Part shown: one piece after another, positions 41,456-54,768 of the stretch | Position numbering within the stretch: the first letter of the stretch is position 1 | Layout: each line of letters opens with the position of its first letter | NCBI GenBank assembly: GCA_043228905.1 | Contig: JBHGNT010000001.1 | Span: 9,548,001-9,612,000, forward strand | Reading direction: 5' to 3' | Origin: Azolla caroliniana | Lineage: Eukaryota; Plantae; Polypodiophyta | DNA: 64,000 bases | Program-made: the position numbers and the translations under genes | Notes under the pieces: generated by a model | What the model was told of the DNA's origin: nothing | Seen by the model: the letters and a program-made list of their open reading frames with translations, nothing else | Database searches by the model: none

Positions 41456-41728
41456 AAGGTCGTTGCCTCTGTTGAAACTGCCGCCTGTGGCGAAGATCGT
41501 GAGCACGAGGTCGTTGCCTCCGTGAACTCACTGTTGTACATTCTAACATAGTGATAGTTTGCAGCCTGTGGGCTGCCATGGTTTTTTCCCTAGTTTGGGT
41601 TTTTCCACGTAAACATCCTGTGGACTCTTCTCTTCACTGTGTCGTGCATTTATCTCCCGTTTTCTATGTATGATTCTAAGCTTGGTTGTGGCCGAGCGTT
41701 GCGTATACGGAGCGTGCAGTTCCTGTCA
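36443..41728 (+). mobile_element. Ty1/copia family D, complete insertion (LTRs 36443-37075 and 41028-41728, TSD GCTCA), coding region decayed
   Basis: GCTCA on both sides. PBS TGGTATCAGAGC at 37078 and PPT gaagggggag near 41016-41025. Motifs VDSGASFH, LVHMDVC..FIDDHS, YVDD and GFTDSD..ALSTTEAEY. Confidence 0.96.
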
Positions 41729-41733
41729 GCTCA

Positions 41734-43830
41734 TGTAGATTGCCTTGCCACCTCGCCTATGCAACATGCGATAATCTTGGTCCCGCGTAAATATCTCTTT
41801 GTCTTGGACGAACTAGATTATTCAATTCAAGATTATCTAGTGGTTGTAAAGGAGTCGTGCTCGCCATTTATGGGCCACCAACCACCCATTCCAATTGATT
41901 TTGTTGTGGCCAGTACCCTGCAAAGTGGTTATCTAAAATTTTATGTTGATGATTAAAGAAGAAATCCCACCAATCCACATCATGATCACTAGCATACTTT
42001 TTGGTTCGCTCAATATTTTTCTGTTTTTCCTCAAGGCACTGCATCCAATATATCATTTGCTCTTCAATTGAACTACCAACAACTAATCTTTTATGGTCTT
42101 CATAGGGCATTTTCTCAACACCATAGATTATTGCATTTGGGAAATGCAATAAGAGCCTGCATCCGTCTTGCGGCTCCCATTGTAAAATAGATGAGTATTG
42201 TTTGGCATACCACATGGTTTGGTTGTGACTGACCACACTCTTTTGGATGAGGAAGACGTGGTTAAAACTTAAATTATTAAGCGGAGCAAGAAACCTACAT
42301 CCAGTCCCATCACCATCCAAACAAAAGCATTTGAAAAATCATATACTTCATCTAAATGTTGCACATCTGGCTTGGGGGTATAAGCTTGAACGATCAACCT
42401 TGATAGCATAGGAAGTGTGAAAGCATCACACCTCGCTAATTTCTTGGAGAACCTACTAAACATTTGATCTATGTGATCATGTGTATGACCAACTAGCAAG
42501 AAGTTGACCTTTATTTTTTTTGAAAATACCATTGTCAACTAACATGCTCAAATAACCTAACATAGTTGGCTTCTTGTTTTCTCTCGCCGTGTTGTCAGGT
42601 TGCACGTATAGTACTGGTGGGAGTAAACCTTGCCAAGTCTGGAGAACTCTTTGCATGACTGCCACTATAAGATTAGGGTCATTGTGGATATTTGGATAAG
42701 TTAGGAACACTTGAGGCCTTATTGTTTGACAATACAGAAGACATCCTACTAAGTGCATCTACACTAGGCATTCATTCATCTCCAACATCCTTGGGCAACC
42801 TTCGAAAATGTGCCAAACAAGTTTTCTTCTAATCTATCCCATCTATAACCAAGCAAATATATCTTTCTGGCGATTGACGCGCTTTTTGACGATGGTGCAT
42901 AGCTTTAGATCTTTCCAACGACAGGCTTTCTCGATGTTCTCTCAATAAATTCTTATATTTTGTTTTTTCTTCATCTGTTATCCCACTCTTTGCCATGCTT
43001 TTTAAACTCGTGCATATAGAACAAACATCCATCCGCACCTTGCGGGGTATGACCACATTGTTAAACTTCGATCTCCATAAATGATTAAAATGTCGATATT
43101 GTACGTAAGGTACACTTTCCAATAACATGTCATCCTTATACGCTTGGTATACCTCACGACGAGTGAAGTTATCTAACAAAGGTAACCTTTCAGTGGTGGG
43201 CATAACATCACATTGTTTCGAAAAATATATCTCCATCCATCTAACAGCATGCCGCCCAATTAGACCCTTACATGTAGATTCTGTATTGTTGAAAGGTACC
43301 CACCACCCCTTAAATAATCAATGTTGAATTCTTTGTAGGCTCAACCCGATGCTATAGACAATTTTAAAAGCAACTCGACAACTCTTCATAGTAAATGAGA
43401 GGTAATATTCCACCTGCTAAGAACACGACACTGCCAGATGGTCGTTAACAAGTTCCATATTGACAATCAAGAATGTATCTTGTTCGTCGCCATTGAGAGA
43501 CAAATACTTTTGTCGCAACCCCCGCAAGTTTGCCTTTCCAAATTTTGATAGACAAGCTCCCACAACATACCTTGCATATATCAATTCCAATTTGGCGATC
43601 CGAACATAGAAAATTATATTGTTTAACACTCACTTGTTGAGGAACTCTTCGAAAATTTAGAGGCTTGTTGACACAGTCGTCGTCAACATTCGATAAACTA
43701 GACTCGTCATGATTTGTATCTACTTTAATATTTCTTATTTTACCTAAGTTAAAAGGCTCTATTGAAAAAGTGACGTCGAACTTTGCTCTCGATCGTCGTT
43801 CGACTTTATATAGCACCGTTTATTATTAAC
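41734..43830 (-). pseudogene. Sola-like DDD transposase relic; its C-terminal part probably continues at ~36100-36437 beyond the copia insertion
   Basis: F..LW...F.NVVIP...VCSIC, then LVIDGID, LYVQPDNTARENK and FLLVGHTHDHIDQMFS. These match the D / Q.DN...NK / GHTH..D pattern I recall for Sola1-type transposases. Many frameshifts. Confidence 0.72.
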
Positions 43831-46217
43831 ATGGTTATATTCCTCGATTGAGAATAACGAGTGATCAGACAATTGAAAAGGCTCAATAGAAAATAGAGAA
43901 TTTTTACTCGAGTTTGAGGATATTTTGAGTAAGGCTAACTAAGATCATGGGATTCCAAAATAGGCTCAAGTTTAGTTCTATAATAAGCACCATGTCTAAA
44001 GAGATTTTTTTTAAAAACAAATGTAAATTTTTTTTAGAAATAAAAAAAATAAATAAATAAATAAATAAATTATATAAGGGAAAGTCATCTTCTCATTGTC
44101 ATTATCGTGTTCAAGCAACAAAAGAGCACAAGAGCAAAGACCAACCAAGACTTCCAGTTTTCGCCTCCCTGGTCAAGTCGACACCAATGTCAGCAACATG
44201 AACAAGGGAAAGAAGATTGCTAGGTATATTTTCCGAACTATATTTTTAGATTCTTCAAAGATTCCCAAAAGATTCGTTTTTGTGTTTGTTAATTTCTACG
44301 TCTTGAATTCGATGCTTTCAATATACTAGAATTGGTCACTTTCTTGCTATTTTTTTGCATTTTTCTCAATGTTTTTTTATGTAACATTACATTTAAAAAT
44401 GGGTGATTTTCGCCTACTTTTGTGGAAGTTTACCCCTGTTTTCAGGTTTACGTTGTTTATTTTAAAGATTATTGACATATCATTGTGTTATTACTTGTTT
44501 TTTTCAGTGAATCACAACAAAAGGTCCCATCTGTTAAATTGAAGATTCCTCCCCAACAAAAAACGTTGTCGTGCCTTTCGGCTTTGGATTGTTGCATGAG
44601 TCGGGTGGGAACCGCCGCGGTTTTGGAATAGGAGGAAGAATTTGAGATGAATCTAGTTATGAATAGATTTTAAGAAAGAGATATAAAAACCTCGTGAATC
44701 CCACGAGTACAATTTATTTTATTAGATTAATCAATATTAAGATAAGAATATGAATTTGGATTGAAAGAGAAGAATATAGAAACCTCATGAATCCCACGAA
44801 TATAATTTATTAATTGGTGTTTTTAGAGATATATCCAATTTCCAAAAGATTTCACACTTATTACATTGTGCTCCCCATCCTTATATAGTGATGAGAGAGT
44901 CTTGGCAATCCATGTTTTTTTCTCTAATTATGCCCTCCATGTTTTCTCTATCAATAGACTATATGCTTTCTCTAACATGCTTTTTCTAAAGTCATGTGTT
45001 TTTTATCGACTATAGTGTTCATGCACGCTAGATGTGCATGTGTAGCTTTTTCTTTTATCATGCGTTTTCCTAAAGTTTATCCTAGTGTGAACTTACCTTT
45101 CTATGTGGGACATCTACTTTTTAACACTAATGATATGTTAGTATAATGGTAAGGCTTTGCATTATTAATATGGAGGTGCAAGGTTTGAATCTTGCCCTAT
45201 ACATGTAATATATATTTTGATATTTTCGTCGTTTTCTTCATATTTATTAAATCGGTTACTTGATACGTTTTTTCACGTAGTGTACGAAATACACTACGAC
45301 ACTTGCCCCCTCCGAACCCGCATATCCTCCGGTATGTGCCGAAATTGCCGGTGCTCGTAATTCTCCTTTACTTGTAGTACCCTCTATTTCTCTTGCTATG
45401 TCGACTTTGTCCCTCCATTTTGAACACATCCATTCTTTCCACCCGAACCATTGTCTCCATCCGATCCACCATATTCTTCGTTCACTCTTTGCATGGCAAC
45501 ACCGGGTCATTTGAAACAGGTAATATGTCGTATTCTCTTTTGGCATAGTTGGCCAGATGTAGAAAAGTACCCTATTTTAGCCCGATATCGAAAATATACG
45601 ATGCATGCGTACCCCTTTTGCGACTTGATGGTTAAATATAGAACAAAAAAAACCTAGCAATTACTAAATTGTATATGTGTCCACATTCGTGTCAATTTGC
45701 ATATCATGGAGCACAATTGAAGACTTGGTTCAATATAAAGTTCTAAAATTGGTATCCATATTCAAATTGTAGAGTAAAACTACATAAACCGCAATTATAA
45801 ATATGTGGTTTTGGGTTTAGGAATAAAGTAGTACCCCACTTGTTGGACGGGTATATCGATAGTTTCATTGTATAATGTCATATAGTTCATGACAATGTAA
45901 TTGGTAAGAGTAACAACTACGTACGACATTCATTTATATTATGTGGAACCAGTAGACTTGAACCGTAGGTAACTAAAAACCTCTTATTATCAAAACATTC
46001 GCCTTTTCATATACAGTCATGCTAACGGAAATGAGAAATTACAATATCATGTTAATATCTCAAACTGAAGAAGAGCATGGTGACCAATTATATGTAAATA
46101 CAAACTACGGTTCCAATAATGATTAAAATGGGAAATTATGAACAGGTGAATTTAATTAAACGATAAACAATTATAGATGTTCTCATATACAAATATAATA
46201 TGAAGTGATGGTGAACA

Positions 46218-46515
46218 TTATGCCTCAAAATCCCCGTCCAATTTTGCTGTTATCAATAACAGCACCCCATCCTCCTCGACATAGGAGAGACACCATTCAA
46301 GTTCGGGGTAATCCATATATTTCCCCTCAACCGTTTTCTCCTCTTGTGTACTACCTTTGTTTATTTTGGTAGTAGCCACAGATGACTTGGATCCTCCTTC
46401 CCCCGTTGAGTCAAATAAAATCTTTTTACTCGTGTCCTTGATGAAGGAGCCAGAATCTCGTTTTGTCGGAGATCGAATCTTCAATCTAAATGAAGGAACT
46501 TTTTGTCTGGGTTCA
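46218..46515 (-). pseudogene. Fragment of a diverged homolog of the ParB-like gene (N-terminal exon)
   Basis: EPRQKVPSFRLKI and YPELEWCLSYVEEDGVLLLITAK align to ESQQKVPSVKLKI and YPHVEWTLIYTQDEGNLLLIFAK, with the same acceptor phase (tttcag|T GAA). Confidence 0.75.
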
Positions 46516-46645
46516 CTGAAATTAAAAACGTTGGTGAAAACATAGAATAAACGTACAATTTTATCTAAATCACGCAAATTATCATCTAAATTACGTCAAT
46601 TTTATGGTCCCATGCGATAGTTTTTTATCGCAAAAACAACATTTT

Positions 46646-47188
46646 TTTCAACGCAAATCCGTTGCACTGCATCGAATTTGCGTTGAAAGCCCTGCCATTT
46701 AACCAAAATCCGATGCACTGCATCGGATTTGCATGACTTTCAACCAAAATCCGATGCACTGCATCGGATTTTGGTTGAAAGGCAGGACCTTCAGCGAAAA
46801 TCCGAAGCACTGCATCGGATTTTGGTTGAAAGGTCCTGCCTTTCAACCAAAATCCGATGTAGTGCAACGGATTTTTGTTGAAGGTCCTGCCTTTCAGAAT
46901 TGCTTTCCAAGTTCGTTGTACAAAAAAAAATAAAAATTCTATGTGTTGAGGAAATCGGATTTTGGTTGAAAGGCAGGACTTTCAACGCAAATCCGATGCA
47001 GTGCATCGGATTTTGGTTGAAAGGCAGGACCTTCAGCGAAAATCCGATGCACTGCATCGGATTTGCGTTGAAAGGTAGGACCTTCAGTGAAAATCCGAAG
47101 CAATGCATCGGATTTTGGTTGAAAGGTCCTGCCTTCAACCAAAATCCGATGCAGTGCAACGGATTTTCGTTGAAGGGCCTACCTTTCA
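46646..47188. repeat. Array of ~9.5 palindromes (~43-45 bp, ~51-bp period) in two blocks
   Basis: Perfect example at 46737-46781: ctttcaaccaaaatccgatgca-c-tgcatcggattttggttgaaag. Spacers are gcaggac or its reverse complement gtcctgc. Confidence 0.95.
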
Positions 47189-49366
47189 AAATTGCTTTCC
47201 AAGTTCGTTGTACAAAAAAAAAAAAATGCTATGTGTTGAGGAAAGGAATCTTTAAGGAATCTTTAAGGAGAAAATCCCAAACATGGTGTTAAACGAAATA
47301 CAGAGAATAACCAGAAGCAATTCTCATAACCACAAAGATGTTGGGTTGGAATTGGATGAGGATAATGCTTTGATTGCCACTGATGATGAGGATGAGACGT
47401 CAGAATGCTCTTCTAGTCCATCAGACATGTCTTAACTTATTGGTTTGGTTCAAGCTAGGGATTGTTTTACTACATGATCGAAAACTTTGTAAATTTGTTT
47501 TGGATGTAAACTCACGAATATGTATAATTGTAACTGGTAGACATGTTGTACATTATTTTGTAATTTTGGTGATGTATTTTTGGAGGCATTTTACTTATGC
47601 CTCAAAGTGGTAGTCATGTTGAAATTCAATATATTTTGCCACCTTTTCTGAAAAGCTTTACACATGCGTCGTGTCTTTTTGAAAACTGCGTGCTTTTGTG
47701 CCCTTTTTCGACGTAGTGTTCTCATAATGCGACATATTACCTATTTCAAATGACCCGGTTTTTGGCCATGACCAGTTGTCATGACTCGTTGTGCTCTTCT
47801 TTAGCTTAACCCTTCTTGTCTCGTGCATGTGCCACCTTTGTTCTGACCGTCTCCTTGGTCAAGACACTCTGCACTTCGTCCATCTTCGTTGTATAATCTA
47901 GCATTAGAGTTGACAATCTTCATGTTAGAGCCCTGCTTCTTTGTTGAGATCTCATCCTCGGTAACACCCCTCAAATCCGCTTGGCCCTTGTTGTCCGTGG
48001 TAGTGTGCATGCTTGGCCTTTTCCTCGTCTTCATCAATCTTGACTTCTTTCTTGATCGGTCTCGTCCGATTGTCTTTCGGTTGGATTGGCTTCCGATAAG
48101 ATTCGTATTCGGCCAAATCGAACTCGGTTGATCGGTTTCAACCGAGTCGGGCCCCTTCCAGGTCGGGTTCGATCTATCGGTTTCGGTTTCGGCTTGCTTT
48201 CTTTTCCTCGTGTTCACCGGCCTCGAACGGTTCAACCTCCAGCTGAGTCAGATTAACTTTTGTCGTGCCTTTCGGCACCAGATCGTTGCGTGAGTGAGGT
48301 GAGAACCACCGAGGTTTTGGACTAGGAGGAGGAAGAATTTGAGACGAGTTTAATTATGAATATGAATCGATTATAAGAAAGAGAGATTGAAACTTGTGAA
48401 TCCCACAAGTATATTGTATTAGATTGCATTAATCAATATTAAGATAAGAATATGAATTTGGATAGAAAGAGAGAGATATAGAAACCTCGTCTCAAATTCT
48501 TCCTCCTCCTAGTCCAAAACCCTAGCGGTTCCCACTCGACTCACGCAACGATCCAACGCCGAAAGGCACGACACACTTGGTGAACCCGACGTGAAGACGG
48601 GTGGAAAGGAGATGGAGAATCAACAAGAGGCGATGAAAACGATGATGTTGATGTTCGAGTGGATGTTACAAGAACAACGAGCGATGTCGGAGATCACGGC
48701 GGTAGTAAATTGGCTCGTACAACGAAACAGACAGTTCAACGGAAAGGATGCGTCATGCTATCTACGTGACTACAAAATGGAGATGATGCAATTTGGGATA
48801 CTAGAAGGATTGCAAGTGATATCCTTTAGTCAGGTGGCCACGAATGAGCTACTAGAGAGAATCCACAAGATACGGCAATAAAACCCGACATGGGGGTCAT
48901 TCGAAGAAGCTTTACGAGAGGCATATGATTATGAGAGATCGAAGGGACGAGATCGGCGAGAGTTCAACGAATGGGTGGCATCGGAGAAGACCCACCGAAG
49001 TGCAACACAAGCATTCCTAGAGTTCGAGCATCGTTTTGCTCGACTCTCGGAGCGGGAACAAAGATTGGAGAGGGAGGATAAAGTCCTAATGTTCGTAAGA
49101 TCGATCAATCATAAAGAAAGGATGGACATCGGGATCGAACTTGAAGATGATGACGGTGCAAATGGTCTTACCGAGGATTGGGTTGAAGTCAAAAAAAGGA
49201 TGCCGAAGACATGATAAGAGGAAGATGAGAATATCATCGGCAACAACATGGCCTATAAGGGATGATCGATTAAGGATGAACGATGTCGCTGATACGAAGG
49301 CCGAAGTACGATACATCAATACTACAGGAGATGGTACAGAACAAGACATCCTCTTGTCTTGCGAAA

Positions 49367-52300
49367 TGTTGAGCGGCAAGCTCAACTGGAGCCGAATTGG
49401 TTGGATAAGCCTGAGCCGGCAAGCTCGGTAAGCCGGTGAGCAACCGAGCTGGCAAGCAACAGAGCCGGTGAGCTGGGGAGTCGGTTAGCCGGATCCAATC
49501 AGTAACCGGAAGCCTAGTATTAGTTTAGACTACTAGGCAGTTATAGTCTTGTAGTAAGTGTTAGATGCTCGTGTGAGCATTGAAGTACGCGGTACTTCTG
49601 TCAGTCCCATGAGGATTTGTATAAATAGTGCTACTGAGCACAATTGAATACACAGAGTGTTTTTATCGTTTTTTTGAATATAGCTTTTACGTTCTGCTCT
49701 CTCTGTCTCTCCCATGTACTCTGTGTATTCTCTAGTTTCTCGGTTTTCTAACGCTTCCGCAAGTAATCGTTTACATGGTATCAGAGAGCGAGGGTTGAGA
49801 ACCTCTACAACCGACAAACACTTGAAAGCAAACCCTAACAGGTCGTAAGAACAGCAGACAGAGAAGTGATGGATAGAGGAATGGCTGGCTCGCCCCCTGT
49901 GGAGAAACTCGACAGATCCAACTATGCATCTTGGTCGTACAAGATGCACCAGTACCTGCTTGGGTATGGCTACTAGAGTTTCGTCGAAGGAGCCAACGAA
50001 ACAACACCTGATGTGACACATAAGAATTTCCCAGTGTGGGAACAATCGGCAAGCAGAGTGATGTACTGTTTTGCGTCCAGTGTCGGAGACTAGCTGTTGA
50101 GCCACATCCGAGACGCCAAAACGCCGAAGGAGGCTTGGGGAAACCTGAAGAAGGTTTTCGCCGCGAGCACTACAGCCTGGAAGTTGCAACTCCGACAGGA
50201 GTTGAGCAATGTCTGACAGAAGGACATGTCGGTGGCAGATTACACGGCCTGAATCAAAGAGATCTCTGACTCGCTTGCCTCTATCAACGTTACCGTAGAG
50301 GAAGACGAGATGGTACAGGTCTGTCTTGGGGGCCTGACATCTAAGTTCAGAGCATTCCGAACGGCGGTGTGCACAAGGGAGAATACGCCGTCATTTTTCG
50401 ACTTACAGTCGATGCTCCTTGTAGAGGAGAACCACGCCGGTGCATCAACTAGCACACCCATTGATAGCCAGATGTTGTACACGGAGGCGGATCGGTCCCG
50501 TGGGCATGGTGGACAAGGCGGGTCGGCACGCAAGGGAGGCAGCTGGCAAGAGCAAGAACGAAGGCACAGAGAACGTGTCGACAGCAGTTCCGGGACTTCC
50601 ACAAGCAGGGGGAGTCAAGGCGGTGCCGGAGGCCGGCAAGACAAATCTGTTACGGAATGCTAGTACTGTGGCAAGAAGGGTCGCAAAGAAAGCGAGTGCT
50701 GAAGAAAGTGCACCGATTCGGACAAATCCGGATCCAGCAAGGCCGACAAGGATGGCCGACAAAGCTCGCACTACGTGAAGGGATCGGCAGGATCCAGGAA
50801 CGGTAATAGGCTAGCTTTGGTGATGAAGGAATGTGGTATGTTGATTCTGATGCGTCGAACCACATGACGAGCCGCAAAGACTGGTTCTCCTTTTTCGAGA
50901 AACCAGATCAACCAGGAGTAGTCGAAACCGGAGACGACACTCCTCACCTAATCGTGCACGTCAGAGAAGTCCCTTTGAGCCACGTCGGACCGAAGGGAAA
51001 GCTAATGAACATATTACAGGTTCCGACAATCATGAAGAACCTGGTGTCAGTCAGACAGATCCTCGACCAAGGGATGCAGGTGCGGTTCACACACCTTGGG
51101 TGCTTCACCGAGGAAGAGGGCCAGATTATTGCGCAAGGGCGCAGAGACGGGAGGATGTTTATCCTCGACACCAATGACATTGGCACCGCTCTGTTTGCAA
51201 AAGGACAGAAGGTTGAATCGGACATCGACCTATGGCACAAGCGGATAGGCCACGTCAATTACTGGAGGCTTCAAGACCTGCGAACGAAACAAGTTGTTTT
51301 CGGTTTGCCGAAGTTCAGCGGCCAAAAGGCCCAAGTATGTGAAGCCTGCTTACTCAGGAAGCAAGACCGGCTTCCATTCCCTACCGAACGTAACCGGAGC
51401 CGTAACAAGCTCGATCTAATCCATTTGGATGTGTGGGGACCGGCACAGAATGTTAGTCTTGGTGGGAGTCGATATTTCGTCTCCTTCATCGACGACTATA
51501 CGCGGCACAGATGGAACTACCTCATTGAGCAGAAGAGTGAAGTCTTCGAGTGTTTCCGGAGTCTCCAAAGCATAGTGGAACAGGAATCGGAGAGGAAGAT
51601 CTAATGCCTGCGGTCGTACGGTGGGAAAGAATACTTTTCCGGCCAATTCAATAGTTATCTGCAGCAAACGGGAATTCGGCGAGAGTTCAGTTGCAGATAC
51701 ACACCGCAATAGAACGGTGTTGCCGAGAGGAAGAACCGGTCGCTTATTGATGCGACAAGGGCAATGCTGGAGGAGAAGAGCATGCCCAAATTCTACTGGG
51801 CGGAGGCAGTCCGAACGACTATCTACATCCAGAACCGGATCGGTGACAAGGTGTCAGCTCACGAGCTGTATTTCGGGCGGAAGCCGAATTTGAGGCACCT
51901 TAAGATCTTCGGTAGCATTGCATATGTGCATGTACCGGACGAGAAGCGGAGGAAGCTGGATGCAAAATCGGAAAAATGCATCCTAGTCGGCTATGCTCAA
52001 GGGCAAAAGGGTTATAAGTGTTATAACCCCCGGACAAACCAGGTCCGAATCAGTCGAGATGTCAAGTTTGATGAATCGGCATCGTGGTACTCTAACTCCG
52101 ACTTCCGAATCTGACCCGATGTCGGAGGATGAGGCTAGTGAGCCTGAACCGGCCCAGGTAGATGATGATGAAGCGTGAACTCAGGATGAGAGTCCGGAAT
52201 CGTTTCGGTTGAGAAGGCCGAACGAGAGACTGAGTCAAACTGACTAGTCCGATGAGGAACCAACGAGTAGTGGAGACTCCGTCGTGCACTACCCGCGCAA

Positions 52301-54768
52301 GGAACTGAGGAGACGGGTCACGCGCAAAGAGAAGGGGAAGAAGAAGATGCTGGAAATCAAAACCGGCAACGATGAGTCGGATCGGTGTGCATCCGACTGT
52401 GGCAAGGAGAAAGGCGGATCTTCGGCAACGAAGACCGAACCGGCCAAGAAGGGCCTCAAACCGGGTAACGGTGAGTTACGCTGGTCCACCCACCAGAAGG
52501 ATCTCGTCAAGCGGTACATGTACAATGAGTACATGGCGCATCACGATGCGTACATGACTAAGGTGGCGGAAGTGCGTGAGCCGGAGAGCTACGTAGAAGC
52601 GGCCAAGGACGCAAATTGGCGTGCCGCTATGGAGGAAGAAATGAGGGCACTTGATGTCAACGAGACATGGGACCTAGTTGACCCTCCCCATCACTGTAAA
52701 CCGATCGGATGCAAGTGGGTGTACAAGGTAAAGTACAACGTCGACGGTTCAGTTAACTGGTTAGTGGCGAATGGATACGCGCAGACCCACGGAATCGACT
52801 ACGACGAGACCTTCGCTCCGGTAGCAAAGATGACGACGGTTCGAGTGTTGCTGGGGGTTGTTGCAGCAAGAGGGTGGCATCTTCATCAGATGGATGTGAA
52901 GAATGCTTTTCTTCAAGGTGATCTTGAAGAAGAAGTCTTTATGACTCAACCTCCCGGTTTTCAATCAGAGATGAACAAGTCGGCGGTATGCCGGCTAAAG
53001 AAGTCGTTGTATGGCCCAAAGCAAGCCCGTCGAGCTTCGAATGCGAAGATCACGCACCGGTTGTGTAAGATGGGGTTTGTGGCCTCCAAATCGGACTCTT
53101 CACTATTCATCCGGCAAGGCTCAACTGGTCCGGTATGTATACTAGTTGTTGATGATCTAGTCATCATCGGACCAGGTGTTCCAAAAATCAACCGCGTCAA
53201 GTCCCAGTTGTCGGATGCATTTGAGATGAAGGATCTGGGGGACCTTCATTATTTTCTAGGGATCGAGGTGATCCGAACCCTGAATGGCATATTGCTCTCA
53301 CAACGAAATTACATCTTGAATATGTTGTACAAGTTCGGCATGAAAGAATGCCGACCTGTCTCCACGCCCTTGGACCGAAACCAGAAGCTTCATCCCAACT
53401 CCGAACCGGCCTGCAACTAGCAACGGTTCCGACAAATTGTTGGAAGCCTTATTTACTTGACTATCACGCGACCCGACATCAGCTATCGGGTCGGAATGAT
53501 AAGTCAGTTCATACTGAAGCCGACAACATCAAAAGTATGCAACTCGTCAAGAACCCCGTATTCCATGCTCGCACAAAGCACATAGAAGTGCACTATCACT
53601 TTGTGCATGAGCGTGTCCTCAGCGGTGAGGTCGAACTTCGGTATGTTCACATGGATCGGCAACTTGCCGAAATCTTCACCAAACCACTCGGATTGGACAA
53701 GTTGCAGCACTTCACCGAAATGCTTGGTGTTCAGCATCTCGATGTGCCACACTTGAGGGGGAGAACGGGCAAAGACATCGGAATGGCCAAAGGCAAAGAG
53801 ACTGCCGATTGCACCGATGAGGGAAGAACCGACAAAGGGAAAGTCAAGAAGAAGAAAGGAGCCGAGTCGACAAGGGAAGTTGACGCATCCGAATAAGTCG
53901 GAACAAGCGGCAACGGCAGCAGAGTTAAGAAGGACAGAGCCAACCGAAGGAAGAAGTCCAAGACCCAGACATGGTCCGATGGGGTGAAGGGCCTGGAACC
54001 AGAAGACGAATCGGAGACAGGCAATTCGGTTCAACAGACAGATTCGGAAGAACCAGATCTATTCAAGGCCAAGAGGACGAGAAGGCAGCGAAACTCGACG
54101 CCAAGACGAAGGAATCGGCGAACCAGAACGCGCCGAAGTCACAGTAGCAAGGGAGCTTAATTGGGCCTATTGAGTAGACAGGCCGACCGAGGAGGTCGAG
54201 GTGCGCAGAACAAGAGGGGTCGCGGCAAACAGAACCGGACCGAATGAGGAGTGCGAGCAAGGCGGAACGACGCCAGGAGAAGTCAGTTGGAAGAACCGAC
54301 TGCCATAGAGGCTGACACTAGGACCCAACCTCAAGTTGAGCTTGAGGGGGAGTGTTGAGCGACAAGTTCAACTGGAGCCGAATTGGTTGGATAAGCCTGA
54401 GCCGGCAAGCAAGACGGATCGGTAAGCCGGTGAGCAACCAAGCCGGCAAGCAACAGAGTCGTTGAGCTGGGGAGCTGGTTAGCCGGATCCAATCGGTAAC
54501 CGGAAGCCTAGTATTAGTTTAGACTACTAGGCAGTTATAGTCTGGTAGTAAGTAATGGTGCTCGTGTGAGCATTGAAGTACGCGGTACTTCTGTCAATCC
54601 CACGAGGACTTGTATAAAGAGTGCTACTGAGCACAGTTGAATACACAGAGTGTTTTTATCGTTTTTTTGAATATAGCTTTTACATTCTGCTCTCTCTGTC
54701 TCTCTCGTGTACTCTCTGTATTCTCTACTTTCTCTGTTTTCTAACGCTTCCGCAAGTAATCGTTTACA
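49367..54768 (+). mobile_element. Ty1/copia family B, complete insertion (LTRs 49367-49775 and 54353-54768, TSD CGAAA), decayed
   Basis: CGAAA on both sides. PBS TGGTATCAGAG at 49776 and PPT gagggggag at 54344-54352. Motifs WYVDSDASNH, IHLDVWGP..FIDDYT, HQMDVKNAFLQG and HARTKHIEVHYHF. Confidence 0.96.

Larger units (their letters stand above)
45498..47762. mobile_element. 2265-bp non-autonomous DNA transposon with ~37-bp TIRs and 4-bp TSD TGGC
   Basis: Left aacaccgggtcatttgaaacaggtaatatgtcgtatt, right aatgcgacatattacctatttcaaatgacccggtttt. The empty site gcaTGGCcatg is seen in the paralogous LTR at 11461-11471. Confidence 0.93.

Noticed and set aside
46646-47188. CRISPR array
   Set aside because: Spacers are 7-8 bp and constant rather than unique, there are no cas genes, and the context is eukaryotic.
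46625-47292. Repetitive ORFs (NPMHCIGFWLKG...)
   Set aside because: They appear on both strands as a by-product of the palindromic array.
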